DNA of 64,000 bases from an uncultured Nitrososphaeraceae archaeon (GCA_963765895.1 CAVXZB010000073.1:49879-113878); one strand, 5' to 3'. Shown: positions 47,304 to 58,167, numbered from the stretch's first letter. Translations and numbers: made by a program. Notes: generated by a model from the sequence alone, not told the origin.

Positions 47304-48200
47304 GAACCCATCCGAAAATGGATAGACATATAGCTTGAGAATACACTGTTCATATGCGTGGCTTACGATAGGGTCAAGTATCTTCCAACAGTCAAAAGAA
47401 TTCCGGATGAAGTATGGATGAAATCAGGATGATCATTCCAAACGAAAAACCAATTAATACAATCGGACGTCCGGTAGTATCATTTAGGAAGGTACTGGAA
47501 GGCATTCTATATGTCTTAAGAACTGGATGTCAATGGAAGATGTTGCCCAAGGAATATGGCTCTGGATCAACCTGTCATAGAAGATTTGTACAATGGACTA
47601 CATCTAATGTATTTCAAAAATTATGGTCTAGATTGTTAACAGTATATGATGACCTAGTAGGAATTCAATGGAGATGGCAATCACTTGATAGTGTATCTGT
47701 AAAGGCACCTTTAGGGGGGAGATGACTGATTGGACCTAATCCTACTGATAGAGGTAAGTTAGGAACAAAACGTCATGTGTTAACTGATGGATAAGGTATT
47801 CCGCTATCTATTGTTATAACTTCGGCTAATACACACAAGATGAAGACTGCAATAAACACGCTGGATAATATCGTAGTTAAAAGACCATCATACAACGTGT
47901 GTAAAACGGAACAAAACCTCTGTCTTGATAAAGGACATGACTTTCAGGAGATTAAGGATGGTATTATCAAGAAAGGATACTTACCAAATATTCGGCATAG
48001 AGGAGAAGAACAATCTATAACAAAAGGTGGTAATCATCATGGTAAGAGAAGAAGATGGGTTGTAGAAAGAACTAACTCCTGGCACAACAGGTTCAGAAAA
48101 CTTTTAGTTAGATATGAAAAGAAGTTAGAAAACTATTTTGCGTTGGTATGTTTGGGATGTTGCATTCTTATTTACAGGAGGATAATTTTGGGATAGGCTC
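47304..48200 (+). mobile_element. IS5-family (IS1031/IS427-like) element; transposase split (47414-47725, 47840-48196) with an internal stop
   Basis: Imperfect TIRs GAACCCATCCGAAAAT / ATTTTGGGATAGGCTC, TAA on both sides; ILYVLRTGCQW, DKGHD, RWVVERTNSW. Confidence 0.88.
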
Positions 48201-48303
48201 TAAGTTAATAAATCGAATCTGCTAGTGTGCAAATTAATTGTGCTAGGTAATCTTTTAGGATTTATAGAGATCAATGGGATTGAGAAAAGATGGCGTTTTT
48301 CTT

Positions 48304-48567
48304 CTATTCCAGTATTCCTATAATTAAGTCCTTAAGAAATCGCCGGTCCTTAAGCGTATCCCCGATTAAATTTTTAATTTCTTCCTTAGAGGTGTCTTGT
48401 CCAGCAGGCGGAAATACAGGACATTGATCACATGACTCTACTTCAGATAGTTCATATTGGGGTCTAGGAAAATCCTTTTTTAAAAAGAAGATGTCTCCTT
48501 TTATGCATAATCTGGACACCAGCTTCCAGTCTTCGTATTTCTCCTTGCATACAAGTCCTTGCGGCAT
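48304..48567 (-). CDS. Small Cys-containing hypothetical protein
   Basis: 87-aa ORF with ATG and AT-rich upstream region. Confidence 0.4.
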   Translation of the reverse strand: MPQGLVCKEKYEDWKLVSRLCIKGDIFFLKKDFPRPQYELSEVESCDQCPVFPPAGQDTSKEEIKNLIGDTLKDRRFLKDLIIGILE

Positions 48568-49674
48568 ACAAAGTTAATAATAGTATAAAGATATTTTAAG
48601 AATTCTATATGCTAAAAAACACTTTATATAGAATCTAGCCAATTAAGAATGGAGAGGTTAATAGCTAATAACAGCTTCATTCCTTAAATAAGACCATATT
48701 TTTGACTTTCCAATTCGATTGTCTTATCGGATTTTGCTACTCTAAAACCGTGTTTTTCCTGGCTGCCGGTACAGAAACAAAGACCAAATATATCGGAGAC
48801 TTTTCAGTCTATGGTGAAACTAAAAGCATGGGTATGGATTAAATTAATTTTATCTTTTGTGTAATACAATTAGTGAAATACTTATAAAAATAGAGCGAAA
48901 AGGAAATAAAGCAAAGACGTTACTTATGAGGGGATCTTTGCAATATAAATTTTTAGCATATTACACATAAGGCCACCCACCACTTCTGGATATATTGATA
49001 ATAGTTATGGACAGAAGAAAAGAGAAAAAATATGGTGGAAATACTTTCTAGATCCTCAAGATAATTTGGGTTGGACTAGCGGAACTTATCAACAAATCTC
49101 AAGACTACTGTTGATGATCCTTAGAATAAATCAAATGAAAAGATGAAGCGATTTCATTATATTGCAAAGCTACAATAGTTTGGAACTGCTAAATTTGGAA
49201 CCACAAGTTAATCATCTCAAAATGTATATCTACGCTACAGATGGTTGAGAAAACATGCATAGAAAAGAGAAACCTTGCAAGCCATCATAGAGTGTAGAAA
49301 ACTAATACAAGAATCATGAACAATCAAGTATTGTAATCTCTAATAAGAATGACACTAATGTAATTCATTAGCCATAAAAACCAAAAAGTAGACTCATAAG
49401 CAAAAAAAGAAATAGTTATAGATGTAACATCTGGCGTAACTATCGTTATAAAGGAGAGTATGAGTAAACATCTAATAAAGAACTCCTACATATACATTGT
49501 GGTGTATCCTGACTTGAGGAGTTGATCCGAACTTTAAATATGTTGAACATATTCAATAAAAAATTGCTAAATGATAACACTAATCAATTAATTATGTCGG
49601 CCCAGGGAGTTGAAAAGAAGAGAACAAACAGTTAAACTTATCTGCTTTCTTGTTGGTAAAAATACTAATTAGTA

Positions 49675-51261
49675 ATGCAACTCGTTAGTGAGTCTAAGTC
49701 AAATTTTCAAAATCCTTTTAGAGTTGATAAAAATCGATCTTACGTAAGTAAAAATTTTCATAGGGCTAGCTCATTTCATCAACCAAATAATACAATATTT
49801 CGCAGTATTAATCCTGACTCTTGGTGTCCTTGTGATGGGACTTGTCCTATGTGCATGGAAGCCAAGAATCATGCCAAATCCATCCAGACAAAATTGAAAA
49901 TCAGTAAACCTGGAGATATTTATGAGGAAGAGGCTGACAGAATTGCAGAACAAGTGATGAAAATGCCTGTTTCTGACTCGCTTGCGACGGTTAACAATGT
50001 AAAAGAGCAAGGCATCGATCGTAAATGTTCGGCCTGTGATGCGATAAAGGGAGAAGACGAGGAAGAAGAATTGAATATTAATAGGAAATCATCTACCTCT
50101 GGAGGGCTTGAAGCAAATAGTGAAGTTATTACTGAAATTAATAAGGTTCGTTCAGCTGGCGGTTCGCCACTTGAAACCGGTACAAAGAACTTTATGGAAT
50201 CTAGATTCGGACATGAGTTTAGCAACGTAAGGATTTATGCAGACTCACAGGCTGCGAGAACAGCAGATCTAGTAAATTCTCTTGCGTTTACGATAGGAAA
50301 TGACTTGGTATTTAATAATGGTCAATATAGACCAAGTACTGAATCTGGTTTACGCCTAGTAGCACACGAATTGGTACATGTAATACAGGGGGGAATAGAT
50401 ATTATTAAAAGACAACCAGCACAAACAAAACCCTCAACTACTACTACAATTCCGCCATTTCTTACCTTTATACAAATGCGCAGTTTTTCTGACGATAAAT
50501 TGGTAGAAATGGTTGATAATCTTAATAAAATAATCTCGAACCTTAACAAGGATGATCCAAATATTGAACCTTTAAGGAAACAAGTAGGATTGATGGGTGC
50601 GGAATTAGGAAGAAGAAAAGCACTAAGAGAAGGAAGAACATTTGATGATGCAACAATAGAAAGAATGAAGTCCTATTTCATAGAAAATGCTGGATTGCCA
50701 GAATATGATGATGATGAACACACAATATGTAGTCACCCTAAGTGCCAAGATAGCTGTATAGTTACTTTGAACAAGGGAAAGAGAGAATTGCACGGGGAAG
50801 AATTAAAAACGACAAATGAAACAATAGAGAAAGCGATGGACATGTATCGAAAACATGGACTGGCTGGTAAAGCAAGAATGTTAACATTTGTAGATAAAAA
50901 AGATAAAGATGCAACAAGTGGAGCAAGAGAACCTGATCATCTTAAGGATAACGTTCAAGTCTTTGATGTCTTATTGGACATGGCAAATCATGACGTAGGT
51001 TGGAGTGTGTTTGGTCTAAGCATTTTAGACGGACATCACAGTGTTACTTTAACATTAGATAACAACGATCCTTCTAATCCTAAGATATATTGGTCAGACC
51101 AATGGAGTAGCAAGGGAGGATGGAAAGAGTATGGTAAAACTGATTTGCAAAAAGAGATTCAACATTTGACGCATAAATGGTGGGATGAAGATAAAACACC
51201 AAGTGGAGCAAATAGAAGTACTATGGCCAGAGTTTGGAGATATATAAGGCCAATTAACTAG
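49675..51261 (+). CDS. DUF4157 protein with unrecognised C-terminal Cys/His/Asp domain; putative eCIS effector
   Basis: FGHEFSNVRIY...AHELVHVIQ; N-terminus homologous to ORF 44652; C-terminal DSCIVTLN, DGHHSVTL, YWSDQW. Confidence 0.8.
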   Translation: MQLVSESKSNFQNPFRVDKNRSYVSKNFHRASSFHQPNNTIFRSINPDSWCPCDGTCPMCMEAKNHAKSIQTKLKISKPGDIYEEEADRIAEQVMKMPVSDSLATVNNVKEQGIDRKCSACDAIKGEDEEEELNINRKSSTSGGLEANSEVITEINKVRSAGGSPLETGTKNFMESRFGHEFSNVRIYADSQAARTADLVNSLAFTIGNDLVFNNGQYRPSTESGLRLVAHELVHVIQGGIDIIKRQPAQTKPSTTTTIPPFLTFIQMRSFSDDKLVEMVDNLNKIISNLNKDDPNIEPLRKQVGLMGAELGRRKALREGRTFDDATIERMKSYFIENAGLPEYDDDEHTICSHPKCQDSCIVTLNKGKRELHGEELKTTNETIEKAMDMYRKHGLAGKARMLTFVDKKDKDATSGAREPDHLKDNVQVFDVLLDMANHDVGWSVFGLSILDGHHSVTLTLDNNDPSNPKIYWSDQWSSKGGWKEYGKTDLQKEIQHLTHKWWDEDKTPSGANRSTMARVWRYIRPIN

Positions 51262-51536
51262 ATTTAATTGTTGACTTATTTTTGCCAATTTTTCTCGCGC
51301 TGAATTCACTATTAAATTCATATGTTCTTAATTTAGATTTGTTGGCGTAAAAAATGAATTGGATGAAATTTATGATAAGTTAGAGAAGATCGACCAAGAA
51401 TATGTATCTATTAGAAGATCGAAATCGACATCAGAAGATAACAATATGGTATATAGAACAATACAACGAATACCCGCTAATACTAAGAAAGATAATGTTA
51501 GTGAAGCAGTTATAATCGAATACTTTGTATTTGCAG

Positions 51537-52488
51537 GGCTTTGTAGAAACCATGTTCTGAACACCATTAGAGCTTTCTAGACGTATGATCGTATATGGAT
51601 ATTGAAAGAATCAAGATATGTTAGGCTGGCGTGCACTATGTATCGTGTCTTGAGAAATTCAAGGATACCATTGTTTCTTCATAGAAAGAGTAACCATGTC
51701 TTTACGATGTGGCAGCATTTAGTATTGCTCACAATAAGGCAGTATGAAGGTAAGAGTTATAGGATGTTTATCGAATGGCTGGTTGAAGCGCATTACTTTA
51801 GATCGTACCTACGATTGTCACGTATTCCTCATTTTACAACATTGCAAAAGTTTGCAGGCAGAATTAGCAATACCTTACTGGAAAAGATAATTTCATCATT
51901 CATTGTGATTAGCGGTACCACGCATATCTTTGCAGGAATAGATTCAACAGGATTTAAGATAACTCATGCATCACAATATTATACTGAGCGAACTGCAGCC
52001 AGAAGAAAATATGCGAAATTATCTATTGGAGCAGATGTATTACAACAAATCATATGTTCGATCAAAATAAGACGAGCTCCAACAAGACATGACAACATAG
52101 ATTTCAAGCCAATCATAACAAGAATATCTGAAATTCTACCATTATCTGTAGTTACAGCTGATAAGGGTTATGATAGTGAAGACAATCATTTCTTGATAAG
52201 AGATGGCTTGCATGCATTTAGTGTAATCCCAGCTCGATATGAACATGTACCCATATGGAGAACACGTGGCAAATATAGAAATCAGATGAAACGTGGTTAC
52301 TCCAAATTGCTGTACAATCAACGAAACAAGGATGAAACCATAGTTTCCGTAATAAAAAGACTATTTGGAGAGCATATAATGTCTAGATTAACTAGAACAC
52401 AAAACAGGGAACTATCATTCAGATGCATAACCTACAATATGCATAGACTGACTAATCTTGTAATATTGATGATGTTTTCTACAAAGCC
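51537..52488 (+). mobile_element. IS5-family insertion sequence (952 bp), relative of the 8350-9300 element
   Basis: TIRs GGCTTTGTAGAAA / TTTCTACAAAGCC; TSD TATTTGCAG / TGTTTGCAG (8 of 9). Confidence 0.93.
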
Positions 52489-52501
52489 TGTTTGCAGATA
52501 A
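51602..52501 (+). CDS. IS5-family DDE transposase
   Basis: IDSTG, ADKGYDS, YNQRNKDETIVSVIKR; closely similar to ORF 8411. Confidence 0.95.
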   Translation: MKESRYVRLACTMYRVLRNSRIPLFLHRKSNHVFTMWQHLVLLTIRQYEGKSYRMFIEWLVEAHYFRSYLRLSRIPHFTTLQKFAGRISNTLLEKIISSFIVISGTTHIFAGIDSTGFKITHASQYYTERTAARRKYAKLSIGADVLQQIICSIKIRRAPTRHDNIDFKPIITRISEILPLSVVTADKGYDSEDNHFLIRDGLHAFSVIPARYEHVPIWRTRGKYRNQMKRGYSKLLYNQRNKDETIVSVIKRLFGEHIMSRLTRTQNRELSFRCITYNMHRLTNLVILMMFSTKPVCR

Positions 52502-53262
52502 GATCTATATCTATTTGTAACTATAGATAGTATTGAAATAGTACATGTTGATTGTAGAGTCAGAACTTTTAGATATAAATTGATATCTAGTTGAAATCTC
52601 TTCTCATGATGACATAGATTACCTAAAACAATTCTAGCGACAACTCTCTAACGATCTTATCAAACCTGTAGATGATTATATTTCAAGAGCTAATCTTATC
52701 TATTTTAGATTATCTTACATTGCATGTATTAGTATTAAACAGTGGTCAATCAACAATAGTAGATCATCCTATAGCCTATCTACTAAGTTTCTCACAGTTG
52801 AGTCTTTTAAAGAATAAAGACTCTGGTTCAATTAACTGTCGTTTCTCTTTTGGAGTAGTCTTTAAAGCAGAGGTATAGATCGTAGATGAGCTGTTTAATA
52901 CTGCCTTTTATCAAGATGTAACAAGAGACCAAATTATCGATACAATAAATGATGATAGCTCAGAAGCTAAAGAAAAGAATGATTAAAGATTTAACATCTC
53001 GAGTAATCATTATTATAAAGAAGAGCATAATCATTTCATAAAGAATTTCTATATTATCCGTTGAGCACATCCTGACATGCAGTAGATCCAATCTTTAGAT
53101 ATATCGAACATTCTCATTAAAAATTGTCAACTAAAAACAATAATTAATTGTAGTGCTACAGACATATGTGACATTATAGCTTACAAACATCGGTTACACT
53201 TCTGTCAGGAAGTGTATCCATATATAAATCAAAACAAGGTTTAATCTAATATACGAAAGAGA

Positions 53263-53964
53263 ATGGAATGGTAATACAGTATCTAATATTTGTACGCGAT
53301 ACGGTATATCCAGAAAGACCTACTACAAGTGGAACAACAGATACAAACTGAAAGGGATAGAAGGCTTATCAAACGTCTCTTCAAGACCTCACATTATTAA
53401 GTACTAGAAGAATATAACACCAGAACTAGAAGAGACAATCCGTGATTTACGATTAACCAAAAGGTTTGGATGTAACAGGATCAAGTTTAGATTAAGAAAG
53501 ATTGTTGGAATCTCGCTAAGCACCAGGACAATATGCAAGATATTGAATAGACATTACCTTAATATCCTCAGGTGTAAGGCCAAGGCAAGAACTCGCAAAG
53601 GGTTTGTCATGATGTATCCAAACGATATACTGCAGATGGATATCGTTGGCCCACTCTATCTCAGTAATTCCTTTGACTGGAATTACATCATTAGCTGTCT
53701 TGATGACTTTTCTAGAAAAGTAGCAGATAGATGGTCAGAAAGAAACAGGTCAGTTGATGATGTTCTCAATTTATTATAAGAGGATTGGATAATCATTAAT
53801 GGTAAGCCAAGAAGATAATGCATGACAAGGAAAAGTAGTTTACATCCAGAATATTCAGACATTTCCTCGTACACAATCAGATAGAAGATAAACAAATACC
53901 AAATTCCTATCCCCAGTTACAAGGAAAGATAGAGGTATATAATAAGGTAGTAAAGAGTGAATTC
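53263..53964 (+). pseudogene. IS481-family (HTH + rve) transposase remnant, cut by IS6
   Basis: ICTRYGISRKTYYKW, LQMDIVGP, LDDFSRK, PQLQGKIE fragments. Confidence 0.75.
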
Positions 53965-54634
53965 GGCTCTGTAAAGTTAAGACAATAAATTACTGTTATA
54001 ATGACTGACAAATAGATTAAACCATTTTTGTATATGTTGTAATTTATATTTACTTTTTCTGCAAGGAAAATAATTATCGAAACCTTCCGTCTTATCTTTG
54101 ATATATTGTACTGTCCTTTCTATGACACTTTTTTCGTATTAAGAATGAATATGATGGCTTAGTTTCAAGAATCTGCAAGCCTGAGGATACCAATGTACCA
54201 CCATCAGTTGAAACTGGATGTTCTCCATATCTTTTTACAAGATTTAATATAAAACGTTCTGCAACAAACATATTTCTTTCCTTGGATATGCTTATTTGAA
54301 GGATTTCCCGGTTATCATTTTCAATGGCCATCCATAACCAGATATATTCAGAACCAACCTTAATGATAGTTTTATCAATTATAAACTCTGTAATACGTAT
54401 CTTTCTGGAACTTGACATCTCTGGTTTGTATTTTTGAATCCAGTCTCTGATGGCAGTATGACTTCGTTTACAAACCTAGACACAGCTTTGGAAGTACTTC
54501 TCAGTGAAAGGTCTAGGAAATAAAGATACAGAGAATATGCTATATCCTCGGGTTCTGTTCTTTTTCTTATTTGACACAGCATAACCTATATCGGAATCAT
54601 AAAGCTATAGATTTTTCCTTTACTTTACAGAGCC
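53965..54634 (-). mobile_element. IS6-family element (670 bp) with frameshifted transposase
   Basis: Perfect 13-bp TIR GGCTCTGTAAAGT; IIKVGSEYIWLWMAIE, ERNMFVAERF, VSTDGG; no TSD seen. Confidence 0.88.
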
Positions 54635-54703
54635 TCAGTTGCTATTTACAATAGAGAATTGAGGTCTTGAATGTTTTATCTAGAACAATGGATTACCCCC
54701 GGT

Positions 54704-55063
54704 TCATGGATAAGCAGATAAAAAAGCAATCCAACCTTTCAATAACCTCTTACCTTTTGGAGTAATAGAATATACGCTCTTATTATTTAGATCAGTTCCT
54801 TGTACATATCCTTCGCGTTTCAAACGATGTTCCAATGAATCCTTCAGAGTTGAAGCAGGTTTGTATATCTGTCCACCACTGTATAGAGATATCGATCTGG
54901 AAATAAGTGTGGTACTTGCTGGTTCTTTGCACCCATTGAGAACCATAAGTAATATAAAACTATTTGAAAGCTGGGCTCCTTCAATCATAGAATAATTTTC
55001 TGCAATTGATGTCCATATCTTTTGGTTTTCTGGATCAACCTTTCCCACGTACTTGTCTTTCAT
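54704..55063 (-). CDS. PadR-like winged-helix protein
   Basis: RLKREGYV...YSITPKGKRLL. Confidence 0.75.
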   Translation of the reverse strand: MKDKYVGKVDPENQKIWTSIAENYSMIEGAQLSNSFILLMVLNGCKEPASTTLISRSISLYSGGQIYKPASTLKDSLEHRLKREGYVQGTDLNNKSVYSITPKGKRLLKGWIAFLSAYP

Positions 55064-55225
55064 TTTACTAATAGCAAACCCTAACTTTACTATAGATTAA
55101 TTGTTTCTATAATCGTTATCTAAAGATCAGATTCGTATTTAAAATCTGGTTTCAGATACGCATTAGAAATTATAAAGAATCGCCAAACAATTAAACATCA
55201 ACTTTTATTAGAATCAATTTCATCG

Positions 55226-56410
55226 TTAAATATTTTCTTTTGACAAATCTAATCCAAAGTTTGTCCATGCTCCAGTATATTTTGCTGATAATTTTTCCGG
55301 ATCATTGAGCACATAATGTCTGGCACTGATTGATGTAAATCTCCCTGCCAAAACCTCTGCCTCATCAAGCTCTACGGCATTTCTGAATCTCATAACATTG
55401 TAATGTATTTTTCTTAATACGATATATGCGATACCTGCTTCTCTTTTTAGAATTCTATGTGCTGCCTGTATATCGTAATTGTCGAACTTTGATGTATTTC
55501 GAAGCTTGTCCCAATATTTTGTTGGCAGTATAGTTGCAATGGCTTTTTTATTGCCTCTACTCCAACCTATTGCAATCACAGTCATTCCATTACTATTACA
55601 ATTCACAACATGAAGTTTTTCGCAATCACATCCGTATGCTTGAATGCAAATTGGTTTTTCTCGTATGTACAATATTTCTTGTTCTCTTAATCCACAAAAT
55701 AATCCTAGTCTACATGTGAATCCTATCTCTCCGGATATTGACATTATTTTATTGATCTTTTCTTCGACAAATTGAGGGCTCACAAGATAAATGCGATCTT
55801 TCATATCGAGGTTCTTATTAAGATCATACCTTTCAATAATTCTCGAAATAAGTTGCTTGACATCCTTAGTACCATATCGGCTAAAGTAAAAATCTCCAAA
55901 CCTTTTGATAGATTGAAGAATCCAGCTTCGTTTGTGGGGAGCAAATTTAAGTAGTGGAACATCCGGTTTGGGGCCAAAAAAGATCTCAACATATTTAAGA
56001 TAATAACTATGAAAGCAGTTAGCTGTATGCGGATGATAATTTTCTATTAGCCATTTGTGGAAATCATCATCATTTACTCTTTTATAGAAGTCATAATGAT
56101 CTCCTGATTGAATAGTTAATAGCCCAGAAGCCTGAGCTTGTGCCTTCATTATTTCAATTTGTGTGTCCTCAGTTATTCTTGTTATTTTACCGGCGATTAA
56201 ATCCTTGACAAGTTCGTTAAGAGTTTCATAGTGCAGACGCTTTAGCTGTGTATTAAACAGATCTTGTTCCTTTTTCCTTATCCTTCCGGTTACACTTATC
56301 CATTCAGATTTTCTAGCCAAATCGGCTTCACTAGATTCTTCTCTTAGTTCTGAATTCATCGAAATTAGATACAATATACCATTTATTAAATACTCTGGTT
56401 TCCAGAGCAT
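55226..56410 (-). CDS. Archaeal tyrosine recombinase/integrase (probable start at MNSELREE)
   Basis: CGLREQEI (R), GNKKA (K), LRKIHYN, LAGR, ARHYV (Y); ~280 bp downstream of tRNA-Ala. Confidence 0.75.
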   Translation of the reverse strand: MLWKPEYLINGILYLISMNSELREESSEADLARKSEWISVTGRIRKKEQDLFNTQLKRLHYETLNELVKDLIAGKITRITEDTQIEIMKAQAQASGLLTIQSGDHYDFYKRVNDDDFHKWLIENYHPHTANCFHSYYLKYVEIFFGPKPDVPLLKFAPHKRSWILQSIKRFGDFYFSRYGTKDVKQLISRIIERYDLNKNLDMKDRIYLVSPQFVEEKINKIMSISGEIGFTCRLGLFCGLREQEILYIREKPICIQAYGCDCEKLHVVNCNSNGMTVIAIGWSRGNKKAIATILPTKYWDKLRNTSKFDNYDIQAAHRILKREAGIAYIVLRKIHYNVMRFRNAVELDEAEVLAGRFTSISARHYVLNDPEKLSAKYTGAWTNFGLDLSKENI

Positions 56411-56486
56411 AAACCGGACTATAGACCAGACTATAAAGCAGAATATTTCTTTATCAGTTGTTTTAATCCATACTCGCTTTCTATCT

Positions 56487-56635
56487 TTGACAACATCATC
56501 AAACCATATGTTGACAACTTATTGCAAGTGTTGTCAAACTTACCGCTAATTACGTTGTGTCAACATAAAATTGTTGACAAATTTGTTGACACATTCACGG
56601 TACACGGATGAATAAAACTACCAAACTTGTCAACA
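56487..56635. repeat. Cluster of seven TTGACA/TGTCAA boxes in both orientations
   Basis: Copies near 56487, 56509, 56530, 56558, 56572, 56584, 56627. Confidence 0.75.
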
Positions 56636-56686
56636 ATATAAAAATTCGTAGTTGAAACCTAGCGCAAACTTTCAATCACCAGGTGA

Positions 56687-56759
56687 TGGACTGGGCGGGA
56701 TTTGAACCCGCGACCTTTCGATTGCGAATCGAACATTACTACCCCTGAACTACCAGCCC
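56687..56759 (-). tRNA. tRNA-Ala (anticodon CGC), no intron, CCA not encoded
   Basis: GGGCTGG...CCAGTCCA acceptor with G3:U70; anticodon arm TTCGA-TTCGCAA-TCGAA; T-arm GCGGG-TTCAAAT-CCCGC. Confidence 0.97.
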
Positions 56760-57041
56760 GCATTTCGATTCATACAACATTTCAGAGTTACCCCTTTTAT
56801 ATTTACAGATGTAGAAACGTTTGATTTCCTGCTCAGAACAGGATTCTGTTATGTTATTCATATCCTAATAATGGCATCAAAATCGTAGAATAAGGTTATA
56901 AATTAACATTATTTCTATATTGAGATCTGTTAAATTAATTTTATTGTTTGATTCACAGTTTAACCCATAAATAATTTTGACTAGAATAAATATGACTAAC
57001 TAAAGGTTTAAGATATACTGCAACTACCTATCTATACACAT

Positions 57042-57554
57042 ATGCTGAAAAAAGAAAAAACTTCAGGTTATCCAAAAAGCAACAGAACTGGCATGATAAC
57101 ATTGATATCTATCTCGTCATTCTTTGCAATTCTGATTGCTACTCTGCCACTTCAGGCGGTAAATGCACAACTCAACCCTACGACTTTGCAAAGCGTCTTA
57201 AAAACAGGCTATACTAACCAATATGTATTAAGGACACAACATGCAGGAGATCTTACAATCAAATATAGCATTACTGGCGGGACCCTAGTCGGAATAGTTC
57301 CAAACCCGGAATTAAAAGCAGGAGATATAATCATTAATCCTGGAGGTACCGGCGGAATGCTGACTGTTCAAATACCGAGATTTGCTCTCGATGCCAAAAA
57401 CCCACAAGGTCAGGATATACCTTTTAAAGTTACAATAGATGGCCATGGAGCAAGCTGGAAGCAAGTCCAAAGCACAAATACTGATCGAGTATTAGGTATT
57501 GCCTTCGGGAATAATAATAGATTCATAGAAATTACTGGCACTCAAGTGGGATAA
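57042..57554 (+). CDS. Secreted/surface protein with signal peptide
   Basis: Basic N-region, hydrophobic helix, VNA-Q cleavage motif; IKYSITGG, LTVQIPRFALDA, IEITGT. Confidence 0.75.
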   Translation: MLKKEKTSGYPKSNRTGMITLISISSFFAILIATLPLQAVNAQLNPTTLQSVLKTGYTNQYVLRTQHAGDLTIKYSITGGTLVGIVPNPELKAGDIIINPGGTGGMLTVQIPRFALDAKNPQGQDIPFKVTIDGHGASWKQVQSTNTDRVLGIAFGNNNRFIEITGTQVG

Positions 57555-58167
57555 AAAGTTCCCCTAATCCAAACCAAAGGAAGATATCCTTTTTATTTAT
57601 TTTAGTCAGATATCTCATGCCGACGTTAAGTTTTATGATATAGTATGTCGAATTTTCAGTCCCTATGACAGCTCCGAATTTCTTAGCTATACGGATGTAT
57701 ATTTCCAATTATTAAAAACCCAATCTATTCTTTGAAGTTCTATGAATTAAAAAATCTGTTTAGCAGAAAAATTATTATAGTATTTTGATAAAATCCGATA
57801 TAATTAAGACTGGAAGTGTTATAATTTAAATCATAAATTATGAAGGCAGATTCGAAATTAGAATTTTTACGTTACCCTATTCCCAATAAGTCTATCAATC
57901 ACTAATGAGTATCATACACATAATGATCAGACAAACATATAATGTAACAAAATTATTAGATAGGAAAGTTTCGCTGTGGATTATCCATTTTTATGCGAGT
58001 CAATTTTTATATTCTTAATCAATTGCTATTGCTATTGCTGCTATTAGTAATTCTCTTCAGTTAGTAGATGTATGTTAATCTGAATTATAATAACAATTCC
58101 AAATCTTGCCAAGACTCAAACATATATGTCCAAGAAGTCAGTATACATTTACAGGATATAGTTTTAA

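Larger units (their letters stand above)
51359..53050 (+). pseudogene. CHAT-domain (caspase-like) protein remnant, interrupted by IS
   Basis: IIEYFVFA|DKIYI, DLIKPVDDYI, LDYLTLHVL...HPIAYLLS, EV*IVDELF, DVTRDQII fragments in CHAT order. Confidence 0.55.
12072..56696. mobile_element. Genomic island integrated at tRNA-Ala(CGC), carrying the eCIS locus
   Basis: Flanking 13-bp direct repeats, tyrosine recombinase next to the tRNA, accessory and IS-rich content. Confidence 0.7.

Noticed and set aside
21393-51321. Many 60-150 aa minus-strand and nested ORFs over eCIS and effector genes
   Set aside because: Shadow frames of well-supported genes with no motifs of their own
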